A DNA stretch of 64,000 bases from Spirochaetia bacterium (GTDB lineage Bacteria > Spirochaetota > Leptospiria > Turneriellales > JAOUOS01), in the NCBI GenBank assembly GCA_029880265.1, contig JAOUOT010000010.1:10761-74760 (forward strand). The letters run 5' to 3'. Positions 29,002 to 37,937 of the stretch are shown here, piece by piece. The translations under genes were made by a program, and so were the position numbers. Under the pieces are notes generated by a model. It did no database searches. It was not told where the DNA came from and was given only the letters and a program-made list of their open reading frames with translations. Within the stretch, counting starts at the first letter, position 1. Every line of letters starts with the position of its first letter.

Positions 29002-30531
29002 GTGATTGAGAAAAAACCCGTAGTCTGCTTAATCGGCTGCGGCCGAACGGGCGGTCTTTTAATAGATCGCCTGAAAGATACGTGGCAGCTTACCGTTATC
29101 GATAAAAATCCGCTGGAGCTCAAAAAGCTTAAGGCAAAATATTCAGATTCAGATATTTTATTTCACGAAGGCGACGCCGTAAGCTACATTGAGTTAAAAA
29201 AAGTCGATATAGAAAAAGCTTATCAAATTATAATAACCGTCGATAAAGACGCCGTTTCTATTGAAATATTAAAAGTTTTATTAAACCGATTTCAGAAAAA
29301 AAATATCATTTGCAGATTAAGCGATTCGAACATTGCGCATCAGATGAGAAAAAAGGGCGTTTATGTTATCACCCCTTATGAAACGATGGCCAATATCATC
29401 ATTAACCAGATGAACTTAGGCGAAGTTGTCGCTTTAAATATAGGCAAAGGAGAAGGCGAAATACTTCAAATTGAGCTGACAAAAAGTTCGCCTATCGTAG
29501 GCAGGGTTTTGCGGGAACTTCCTCCTAAGAACTGGCTTATCGGGGCCATTTATCGTCCAAAAAAGAAATTAAAGTATAAAACTGAAATGCCTTATTTTCA
29601 AAAATTTCAAATTTCAAACGAAGACGAACTTATTATTCCTTCGGGTGATACCGTTCCTAAAGTGGGCGATAAACTTATCTTAATCGGAGATCCGCATATA
29701 CTTCGCTCTACCGCTCAGTATTTAAAAGCGGGGGCCCCTGTTTTTCCCGTTCGTCACGGCGAGCTGGTCGTTACATTTTTTCATTCAAAAAAAATTGAAT
29801 CTGAAGTTTTTAAAGAATATATGTGGCTTTTAGAAAATATGGAGCCCGCTCGAATGCTTTATTTTTATAACCATGATTCGATAAGCGATTTTATTAAGAA
29901 TATAAAGCTGCCAAAAAACTGGGACGATAAAACCGAAGCCAGAAAAGAAGCTTATAAAATACCTCTGAGAAAAAATCTCGATTATATCAAAAATCTGGTT
30001 AAAACAGAAAGAATAGGCCTGATAATATATCCGGAACCATCGGGATGGTTTGAAAAAAGAATTCACAGATATTATTTATTTTCATCTCTTAAGAAAGTAC
30101 TGCGCAAAAATTCAATTCCGCTTTGGATCATTCGAAATAAGGCCCCTATAAAAAAAGTAACTTTAATGGTCGCTCCTCATGAAGGTACTCTTGAAGCGGC
30201 AGAGCTGGCTATTGACGCAGCCATGAAATTTAAACTTGAATTTCGAGCGGTTCAGGTAAATCCGCCGGGCTTGATAGCCGGTAATTTACAGCTTGAAAGC
30301 GCTAAGAAAATGATGCAGTCGGTCTATGAAGTCGCGATTATGTACGGGTTATCGGTTCAAGAAAACGTATTTACGGGAAACCCCGTAAAAGAAATTATTA
30401 AATGGGTGTCAAAAGACGAACTTTTGGTTTTATCTCTTCCTAAAGACAGCAAAAGCGGCGTGATGATACCGAACAGCGCTAAACTTTTAGCGAAAAAATT
30501 CCCCGGAAGTCTTTTAATCTTAGCCACGTAA
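29002..30531 (+). CDS. TrkA-N/TrkA-C (RCK) protein with C-terminal USP-like domain
   Basis: GCGRTG Rossmann motif, EGDA, LIGAIYR..IPSGD..GD, then a USP-like tail (AAELAIDAA, GNPVKEII, LVL). Confidence 0.8.
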   Translation: MIEKKPVVCLIGCGRTGGLLIDRLKDTWQLTVIDKNPLELKKLKAKYSDSDILFHEGDAVSYIELKKVDIEKAYQIIITVDKDAVSIEILKVLLNRFQKKNIICRLSDSNIAHQMRKKGVYVITPYETMANIIINQMNLGEVVALNIGKGEGEILQIELTKSSPIVGRVLRELPPKNWLIGAIYRPKKKLKYKTEMPYFQKFQISNEDELIIPSGDTVPKVGDKLILIGDPHILRSTAQYLKAGAPVFPVRHGELVVTFFHSKKIESEVFKEYMWLLENMEPARMLYFYNHDSISDFIKNIKLPKNWDDKTEARKEAYKIPLRKNLDYIKNLVKTERIGLIIYPEPSGWFEKRIHRYYLFSSLKKVLRKNSIPLWIIRNKAPIKKVTLMVAPHEGTLEAAELAIDAAMKFKLEFRAVQVNPPGLIAGNLQLESAKKMMQSVYEVAIMYGLSVQENVFTGNPVKEIIKWVSKDELLVLSLPKDSKSGVMIPNSAKLLAKKFPGSLLILAT

Positions 30532-30541
30532 AATTTAAACT

Positions 30542-31765
30542 ATGAAAGAGTTTGCCTTATATCTTTTTATCTTCAGTGTAGGCGCGTTTGTAATTCCTAT
30601 TCTCAGTCGTTTTATAAGAATTCCCATCTTAGTCGGAGAAATTATATACGGAATGCTTTTAAGATTGTTTTTATATGAACAAAACATTGATTTTAGCCTT
30701 ATTAATTTTCTCTCAGATATGGGTTTTATTTTTATTATGTTTTTAGCCGGCTTAGAAATTAACTTTGATAACTTAAAATTAAAGCAGATGTTTAAATCAG
30801 GTTCGATGGTTTTGATATATTACGTCGCAGCCGTTTTGATTTTTGCGTTTTTTTTCGAATCAAAAAAAATCTTTATTTTAATTTTACTGACAGCGTCTTC
30901 GGTGGGCATTATTTTTTTGGGCTTAAAATCAAATAAAACCGAAAGCGATTCTCTGGGCCAAACTCTAATATGGACAGGCACCTTAGGAGAGCTTTTAAGC
31001 ATTGTTCTTCTTATGATATTTGAGCTGTATCATTTTCATGAAAATTCGTTATCGTTAGATTTTGCTCTCGATATTTCGGGTATTATATTGCTTCTTATTG
31101 GCGCTTATGTTCTAATAAGGCTGGTACTTCTTTTCTTATGGTGGTTTCCTGAGTCTGTAGAGCTCTTAGAAGAATCGGGCGACGTTTCTGAGCTGGGCGT
31201 AAGGTTGTCTTTTCTGGTTTTATTAACAATGGTCGCTCTGTCGGCTTATTTTAATCTTGAATTTATCATCGGAGCGTTTTTAGGCGGCATGATGCTTTCT
31301 TTTGTTTTTAGAGATAAAAAAATTCTGGAACAAAAGCTGTCTTCAATAGGCTACGGGTTTTTTATTCCTTTCTTTTTTATGAAACTGGGCTGGGATTTCA
31401 ATCTTGATATAAATAATCTATCTAAAGTCTTTCTGTTGGCCTTTCAAATGTATTTTTATATTTTCTTAACCCGATTTGCCGCTTCTGTGATACTAATTCG
31501 CGATTATCCCGAGTTTAGTTTAATCGATAAATTTAGAACGGCGTTAGCGGGATCATTTTTATTGGCGGCGCCTTTAACCATTCTAGTGGCCTCGGCCCAA
31601 TTGGGTTTTAAAATCGAAGAGATAGACGAAATAACATATAAATCGTTTATTCTTTGTTCCATGATAGGCGGATTTTTGGGTCCTTTGGGATATTCTTTTT
31701 TCTACCCCAAAGATTCTTATTTTCGTTTAAAAAGAGCGCGAAACAAATCGACAATTCTGTCTTGA
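30542..31765 (+). CDS. Cation:proton antiporter (CPA2)
   Basis: IPILVGEIIYG, FIMFLAGLE, IGAFLGG, GFFIPFFF. About 12 TM segments. Confidence 0.9.
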   Translation: MKEFALYLFIFSVGAFVIPILSRFIRIPILVGEIIYGMLLRLFLYEQNIDFSLINFLSDMGFIFIMFLAGLEINFDNLKLKQMFKSGSMVLIYYVAAVLIFAFFFESKKIFILILLTASSVGIIFLGLKSNKTESDSLGQTLIWTGTLGELLSIVLLMIFELYHFHENSLSLDFALDISGIILLLIGAYVLIRLVLLFLWWFPESVELLEESGDVSELGVRLSFLVLLTMVALSAYFNLEFIIGAFLGGMMLSFVFRDKKILEQKLSSIGYGFFIPFFFMKLGWDFNLDINNLSKVFLLAFQMYFYIFLTRFAASVILIRDYPEFSLIDKFRTALAGSFLLAAPLTILVASAQLGFKIEEIDEITYKSFILCSMIGGFLGPLGYSFFYPKDSYFRLKRARNKSTILS

Positions 31766-31881
31766 TGGCGAATATTGCGCGGTTCAAGGTATAGAATTTT
31801 ATTTTTAATTAATGTTTCTTTTGACGGTAATTTCTTGCCGTCAAAAATAGAATTATTCTTACCGTTTTCTTCTTCTTTCAT
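31717..31881 (-). CDS. Small hypothetical protein (54 aa)
   Basis: MKEEENGKNNSIFDGKKLPSKETLIKNKILYLEPRNIRHQDRIVDLFRALFKRK. Starts just 3' of the structured RNA candidate. Confidence 0.4.
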   Translation of the reverse strand: MKEEENGKNNSIFDGKKLPSKETLIKNKILYLEPRNIRHQDRIVDLFRALFKRK

Positions 31882-31889
31882 ATCGCCGC

Positions 31890-32040
31890 GGGTCTGTGTA
31901 ATAAGTCGTATTTCGATACATTTTCCGCCGTTCATCGAGTGAAAATTGCCGAAAATAAGGCATTTTTCGTATCGTAAGCAAGGCTTGTCGAAGGCTTATG
32001 AGGCGGAAAACACTCAATAACCGACTTATTACACAGCGCC
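31890..32040. ncRNA. Candidate structured RNA, long hairpin A (6S-like architecture possible)
   Basis: 15-bp perfect IR (31894-31908/32022-32036), nested 9-bp IR (31921-31929/32002-32010), two inner stems. Confidence 0.5.
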
Positions 32041-32054
32041 AATATTAATATCGG

Positions 32055-32188
32055 ACGCGCAATATTTGAAACTTAAAGGGTTGCCCTGATTTCTGGTTCA
32101 CTTTATAGGGGTCCAATCGGGCGATTTGCCTGTTAAAGCGCAAGAACGCCCTTAGATTGACTGCATCGCCAGGCGTTACAACGCGCTT
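32055..32188 (-). ncRNA. Candidate 6S-like RNA, long hairpin B
   Basis: Apical stem 32111-32129/32140-32161. On the minus strand, TGAACC..TCAGGG lies 3' of the apical stem, as in 6S RNAs. The outer pairing is imperfect. Confidence 0.4.
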
Positions 32189-32260
32189 ATTTACGCAAAA
32201 TGATTGTGGAAAACCAAAAAAAAGAATTGAAATTTTTGCTAAGTTTTCCAATGTGACATA

Positions 32261-35200
32261 ATGCTTGAATTTATCCTTCCGTTTTTTGGTTCTGTAAGCG
32301 TATTTTTGCTTTTAAGAAGACTTGATAAATCAAATTTAAATTTAAGAAAGCTTAAAACAATCATTGAAAGAGAGCAGAAAGAAATAATTGAGATAGCGTT
32401 AAAGAAAAAAGAAGAGTTAAAAGACGCTACCACCGATTTTGATCTTATACAGGTAAATTCGGCAAAGTATCTTGAAAAAATCAAGGGCGAGCTTGAAACC
32501 GCAAAACATTCCATAACCGAAGTCGAACATCGTCGCCTTGAGCTTATCGGCATGGGCAAAGATTTGCAAATTCTTGAAGAAACCACTATATCTGTAAAAG
32601 AACAGTTAAAATTTATAAACGATTCTCTTGATAGAGTAGACAGTCACCATAAAAAGGTTAAATGGCTTGAAGAACATATAAAGGCGATTGACGACGACGC
32701 GACAAGAATGGTTCAAATATTTCAAAGTTCGCTAAAAGAAAAATCTGACGAGATGAGCGAGTTTCTCGAAAAGAAAGTCGAAAAGATGAGTCTTGAAACT
32801 ATCGAATATCAAAAAGAATTAAGAGAAGCGGTTATTGAAAAGCAGGAAGATTTATCTAAAAAGATTTCGGCCGATTATAAAGACCTTGAAGTTGTTCTTA
32901 AAAAAAGCGCGAAACAGCTTACCGACGAACTTGAAAAACGCATTGATACATATTTTTCTCAAATAAACGAAATGAGTTCGCGCATCGAGGTAAACGAAGA
33001 AATCATTCAAAATAGAATTCCCTCAATGGTTGAAGATATCAAAAATTCTCTAAAGACAGACCTGTCGACCGAAGAAGAAAAGCTTGAAGCCGTAAAAATT
33101 GAAATGGAACGGCTTGAAGAAAATTTAATCAAGAAGCTAAACGCCTTTAAAATTGAAATGGAATCTCACAGGGCGGCTTTGTTTGGCGACGTCTCTGAAG
33201 AAGCCGAGAATATTCGAAATCAAATTCAAAATCTTGATTTAGAGGCTCTCGCGAAAAAAGACGAACTGATAAAGGCGACCAGGGCCGAAGCGAAAAAAGT
33301 CGAAGGCTATATTTATAAACTTGAAGAATTTTATCAAAAAGCAGGCGAGGGTTTATTTAATACCGCCAAAAAGAAAGAAGATGAAATCGAAAAAAAGACA
33401 ATGGCTTTTGAAGAAAAAAGCTCCGAAGCGTTGTCTGATATTTATGAAATGAAAAAAGAGATTTTTTCACAGGTTAAAAGTACCGTTGAAGAAACCCTGC
33501 AGGAAATTGAAGCAAGGGCGGGCAAAATTTTAGACGTTAACTTTGATTCGGTTGAAAACAGGGCCGAAGAATTAAAAACTCAAATCGGTAAAAATATTTC
33601 TGAACTCGAAAATGTCGTGAAAAACTCAATTGTAGAAATTGAGAAACGCTCAAATGAAATCTTGAAAAATAATTTCGCCGATGTATCGGGCGAAGCCGAA
33701 AAACTTCGGCTTGAAATGCATAAAAATACTCAAGAGATTGAAGAGGCTGTCGGCGAAGCCTTATCTCATATTGAAAATAAAACAATGCAGATGTTAAAAG
33801 AAAACGGCGGCGATTTTCAAAAAGAAATAGAAACGGCTCGAGATGAACTAAAGCATAATATCGCAGCGTTTGAAAATATGCTTGAAGAAGCTCTTATTCA
33901 TATTGATGAAAAAGCCGAAAGTCTTATTAAAGATAATAACGATAAGTTTTTCAAAGAAATAGACAGGGCCAAACTTGAGATTGCAAACAGCTTATCTGCA
34001 GTTGAAGAATTGGTCGAGAATGCGTCTTCTGAAATTCAAAATAAAACAAAAGAAATAATTTCTGAAAATATAGAAGTCATAACGGCTGAAAAAGACAGCT
34101 TTTCAATAAATGCGAAAGAGATTTCTCTTTTAATAGAAAATTCTCTTGAAGAGGCTATAGCAAGCATTAAAGAAAAATCAGAACAATTGGCCCAAGCAAG
34201 CTACCATTCTTTTTTTGAAAAAGCCGAAAAGCTTCAGCATGATATAAGAAAAGATCTCTTGCAGATAAATGAGTCTCTTGAAAACGCGTTGCGTCAAATT
34301 GAAGAGAAAACTCAGTCGGCTGTGTCGTTTAATATCGAGAATATTGCAAAAGAAATTGAACAGCTGCAGGCCGAGGCCAGCGAAAACATTTCTATGATTG
34401 ATAACGCGTTAAACGAGGCTATGGCTAAGATTGAAGAAAAATCGAACGACTTTTTATCAATAAGCAAAAATGACGTTATTAAAGAAATTGAACAATTAAA
34501 AGTATTATCTAAAGAAAACGTTTCTTCTATTGAAGAAACGTTTCAAAAAGCAATTGCGGCAATTGAAGAAAAATCGGCTCAAGTAACAGAACTGCAATCA
34601 AAAGATATTAATTCTGAAGCCGAAAAAGCAAAATTAGAAATAGAAGAGCAGGCCGCTTTATTTAGCGAAGAAATAAACAAAAATATTCATGAAATAAGCG
34701 ATAAGTCTTCAGAATTATTTGAACAGCATAAGGCCGATTTTGATAAAAATACCCTACAGTTGTCTTCTGAATATGAAATTATAAAATCGCAATTTGAAGA
34801 AATTCATAAAAATTTAATTGATAAGTATACGGCAATAGAAGAAAAAATTCATCTTTTAAATTCAGAGTCAGAAACACATTTCTCTGAATATCTAAAAAAA
34901 CTACAAGAAGCGCAAGAGTTAAGCGCCGGCGAGTTTGCCCGACAGCATGACGATTTTATAAAAAAAGTAGATATTATAACCGACGAAATAAGCCTGAAAT
35001 TAGAATCTATTAATGAAATAGAAGAGGGCGTCAAGAATACATGCGAACAGTATTTGTCAAAAGTCAATGAATCGGCGAAAGACGCATTGTCTGACATTTC
35101 AAATTACGCCGAAGACTTTAAGCAAACAGCTCTGCAAATAAACGACGAACTTCTTGAACTGCTTGAAAAAAATCAAGAAGCCGAACCTTCTCTTAAACAG

Positions 35201-37885
35201 CATTTTGATAATTTATTAAACGAGCTTCTCGCGACCCAAGGGGCGGCAAAAGAAGAAATTAATTTAATGATAGAAAACCTAACCTCATCGGGCAGCGGTA
35301 TAAAAAACGAAATTATTGAATACGCTCAAAATGCAAGGGCGTTTGAAGAAACCTTAAAGAATAATTTTGACGAATATCTAGATGATATTAAAGAAGCCGA
35401 GGCTGCGGCTAAAGAAAATATCGGCAAGAATGTTGTTGAATTTGATAATTTTGTCGCAGAGGCTAAAAACGAGATATTGTCGAATGTAACGCAGGCAGAT
35501 GACCGGTTCAATGACCTTGATAACCGTATTGGGTCATATGCGCAAAATATCAGAGATTTTGAGAAAGAAGCCGAGACTGTTTTTAGCGATTCAAGAAAAC
35601 AATTTGAAGTTATGGCAAAGGGCGTTATCGAAAATATAAATTCGCATCTTCAAAAACTTGAATCTTCAGAAGATATTCTTGATAAAAAACTCCATGAATA
35701 TTCCGTTCTTTTAAAAAACTCAGAAAAGATATCGCGCGAAGATCTTAAAAAGCATTCTGACGAATTGATGAAAATATCTTCTAACATAATGTCAGAATTT
35801 AACGCAAGCTTTAATAAGTTTGAAGGTTTCGAAAAACAATTTAACGGACAATACGAAGAGTATCTCGCAAAACTAGAGGCCTCTGAAAAAAATTCTAAAA
35901 ATGAAATAAATAAACAAATAAAAACGCTTGAAGATCGCCTGCTTAAGGCAGATAAATTTGAAGAAAATCTGCAAGAAAAGCTGGATGATTTTGGGGTGCA
36001 GGTTGAAGAATCGACAAAAGACGCTAAAAAACAATTTGATAAGTATCTGTTTGAATTGAAAACTTCATCACAGGCGTATAAAGAAGAGTTTGAAAATGAA
36101 CTTAACGAACAATATTTGAAAATCTCTGAACAAATAGCGGCTCTAGAAGACGATATGAAAGATATTCATGAGAAATCAGGTTTAGATTTTGGCAAGAAAG
36201 TTCAAGACGTTTATTCTAAAATACAGCTTGTCGAGAAAAATCTTTTACAGTCTCAAGAAATGCTGGTTAAGAAATGGGATGAAGACGCCGGAGTCGTTCT
36301 TAAAAGAATTGAAGAAAAAGAAGCTCTTTTTGAGCAAAGCGCCGAAAAATGGCAGACAAAACTCGAGACAAACTTTCAATCGGTTCGCGAAGATATACAT
36401 AAGAAATATATTGAATTAGAGAAAAAAGGCTCTGAAATATCTTCAGGCATTGAAAATCAGATTGAAAATGAAATTCTGCGCATAAAAGAGATGTCTGAAG
36501 AAAAGCGAAAAGAAAATGAAGAAAGTATGGCCGTTTCTGTAAACGCATTTAAAGATAAAATTATTCAAAAAGAAAATCAGGTACTCGAAGATTTAAACCA
36601 ATTTTCGGGTAAAATTCAAGCATTTAAAACAGAATTTGAAAGCGGAAATTCTAAGTTAATACAGATCATTGAAGACGAGAAAAAGAAAAAAGTAATTGAA
36701 ATTCAAAGCATTGCCGAAAAACAGCTGAATCTTTTCAGCGAAGAAATGGATACCATTGCGTCTTCATATTTAAGCGATTTTAGCGAGAAGTCAAAAGAAA
36801 ATCTCGAAAATATATCGTCGATTCAAGAAGAATTAGAAAGTTCTCTGGCCGAATTCAGAGAAAAACAGCAAGATGTAATGTCGTCTATTGTAGACGAAAC
36901 TGAAAAAACCGGAGATGAAATTCAGTTTCTGCAAGATATGCTTAAAGAACTGAAGCAAGAAACAAAAATCGCTCAAAAAGCGCAGGCAAGCGCTTCTGAG
37001 ATAAGAAAACTTATCTCAGAATTTGACCAAAAGTTAAAACTTGTAAAAGAGAAAAATACAAGTTTAGACGAAATATTCGCCAAGGTTGAAAGCATGAAAG
37101 ATCTAAGGGTGCGCCTAGATTCTGAGCTAGCCGTGATTTCTCAAAAAAGAGATAAGGTCGACAAATTAGAAGAACAGCTTCAGTTAATATTAAATTTAAG
37201 AGATGAAATTGAAGAAAAAGGCGAAAGTTTAGAGCGCATAAACGAGAAAGTAAACGAAATAAGTTCCGTATATAAAAACTTATCGACAGAGAAAGAGAAT
37301 CTTGACGAAGTATTAAATGAATTTATGAACCAGCATAAACTTGTCGAAAAAGCGATTGAATCTATCGGCTCTCAAAATAAAGGCATCGAAAACCTGCAGG
37401 AACAATTTGCCCATCTATCGGGGCTGCTTGAAAAACTAGACAATAAGACTTCTGTTATGAACGGCGAAGTTGAAGAGCTTTCAGAGCAAATGAGCGCGTT
37501 AAAAAAACACGAAAGCGAAATAGAAGACGTCAAGAAGAAATTTCTTGAAATTGAAGATTTAATAGAAGACGTTGATAAGCGAAAGCAGCAGATAGATATA
37601 CTAAAGAAAAGATTCGACGAGTTAAGATTAGAGATGACCTCAAGCGTTGAGGCTATTGAAATGATAGAACAAAACGCCGAATCTAAAGTTAAAAAAATGT
37701 CAGAATTTATTTCGGCTGTCGACGAAAAGTTATCTTCGCCTAAGATTGTCAAAGATTTTGGGGTAGGCGATAAAAAAGAAGTCGTATTAAGATTGGGCAA
37801 AATGGGCTGGACAGTAGACGAGATTGCCGATAAAATCAATATCGACAAAGGCACAATTGAAACAATCATTTCGACTTTTGATTAA
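32261..37885 (+). CDS. Giant spirochaete coiled-coil protein (SpiroCoCo-like): N-terminal TM anchor, C-terminal HTH-like tail
   Basis: N-terminal TM followed by RRLDKSN. About 1800 aa of E/K/I/L-rich helix. Ends VLRLGKMGWTVDEIADKINIDKGTIETII. Confidence 0.85.
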   Translation: MLEFILPFFGSVSVFLLLRRLDKSNLNLRKLKTIIEREQKEIIEIALKKKEELKDATTDFDLIQVNSAKYLEKIKGELETAKHSITEVEHRRLELIGMGKDLQILEETTISVKEQLKFINDSLDRVDSHHKKVKWLEEHIKAIDDDATRMVQIFQSSLKEKSDEMSEFLEKKVEKMSLETIEYQKELREAVIEKQEDLSKKISADYKDLEVVLKKSAKQLTDELEKRIDTYFSQINEMSSRIEVNEEIIQNRIPSMVEDIKNSLKTDLSTEEEKLEAVKIEMERLEENLIKKLNAFKIEMESHRAALFGDVSEEAENIRNQIQNLDLEALAKKDELIKATRAEAKKVEGYIYKLEEFYQKAGEGLFNTAKKKEDEIEKKTMAFEEKSSEALSDIYEMKKEIFSQVKSTVEETLQEIEARAGKILDVNFDSVENRAEELKTQIGKNISELENVVKNSIVEIEKRSNEILKNNFADVSGEAEKLRLEMHKNTQEIEEAVGEALSHIENKTMQMLKENGGDFQKEIETARDELKHNIAAFENMLEEALIHIDEKAESLIKDNNDKFFKEIDRAKLEIANSLSAVEELVENASSEIQNKTKEIISENIEVITAEKDSFSINAKEISLLIENSLEEAIASIKEKSEQLAQASYHSFFEKAEKLQHDIRKDLLQINESLENALRQIEEKTQSAVSFNIENIAKEIEQLQAEASENISMIDNALNEAMAKIEEKSNDFLSISKNDVIKEIEQLKVLSKENVSSIEETFQKAIAAIEEKSAQVTELQSKDINSEAEKAKLEIEEQAALFSEEINKNIHEISDKSSELFEQHKADFDKNTLQLSSEYEIIKSQFEEIHKNLIDKYTAIEEKIHLLNSESETHFSEYLKKLQEAQELSAGEFARQHDDFIKKVDIITDEISLKLESINEIEEGVKNTCEQYLSKVNESAKDALSDISNYAEDFKQTALQINDELLELLEKNQEAEPSLKQHFDNLLNELLATQGAAKEEINLMIENLTSSGSGIKNEIIEYAQNARAFEETLKNNFDEYLDDIKEAEAAAKENIGKNVVEFDNFVAEAKNEILSNVTQADDRFNDLDNRIGSYAQNIRDFEKEAETVFSDSRKQFEVMAKGVIENINSHLQKLESSEDILDKKLHEYSVLLKNSEKISREDLKKHSDELMKISSNIMSEFNASFNKFEGFEKQFNGQYEEYLAKLEASEKNSKNEINKQIKTLEDRLLKADKFEENLQEKLDDFGVQVEESTKDAKKQFDKYLFELKTSSQAYKEEFENELNEQYLKISEQIAALEDDMKDIHEKSGLDFGKKVQDVYSKIQLVEKNLLQSQEMLVKKWDEDAGVVLKRIEEKEALFEQSAEKWQTKLETNFQSVREDIHKKYIELEKKGSEISSGIENQIENEILRIKEMSEEKRKENEESMAVSVNAFKDKIIQKENQVLEDLNQFSGKIQAFKTEFESGNSKLIQIIEDEKKKKVIEIQSIAEKQLNLFSEEMDTIASSYLSDFSEKSKENLENISSIQEELESSLAEFREKQQDVMSSIVDETEKTGDEIQFLQDMLKELKQETKIAQKAQASASEIRKLISEFDQKLKLVKEKNTSLDEIFAKVESMKDLRVRLDSELAVISQKRDKVDKLEEQLQLILNLRDEIEEKGESLERINEKVNEISSVYKNLSTEKENLDEVLNEFMNQHKLVEKAIESIGSQNKGIENLQEQFAHLSGLLEKLDNKTSVMNGEVEELSEQMSALKKHESEIEDVKKKFLEIEDLIEDVDKRKQQIDILKKRFDELRLEMTSSVEAIEMIEQNAESKVKKMSEFISAVDEKLSSPKIVKDFGVGDKKEVVLRLGKMGWTVDEIADKINIDKGTIETIISTFD
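33488..34807 (+). repeat. About 10 degenerate tandem 44-aa repeats within the coiled-coil protein
   Basis: The motif EEA...IEEK recurs every 44 residues. Confidence 0.8.
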
Positions 37886-37937
37886 AACTGTCCGTTTTGT
37901 TATAAAAATCTTTTGATTTTTTTGTTTATTTTTACCA

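Noticed and set aside
31890-32190. Retron ncRNA, tmRNA, RNase P RNA or SRP RNA
   Set aside because: No reverse transcriptase nearby. No tRNA-like ends, GAGGAAAGTCC motif or SRP domain IV loop seen on either strand.
37372-37869. 165-aa antisense ORF and other antisense ORFs inside long genes
   Set aside because: Shadow frames produced by the codon bias of the sense genes (S/F/L/I-rich).
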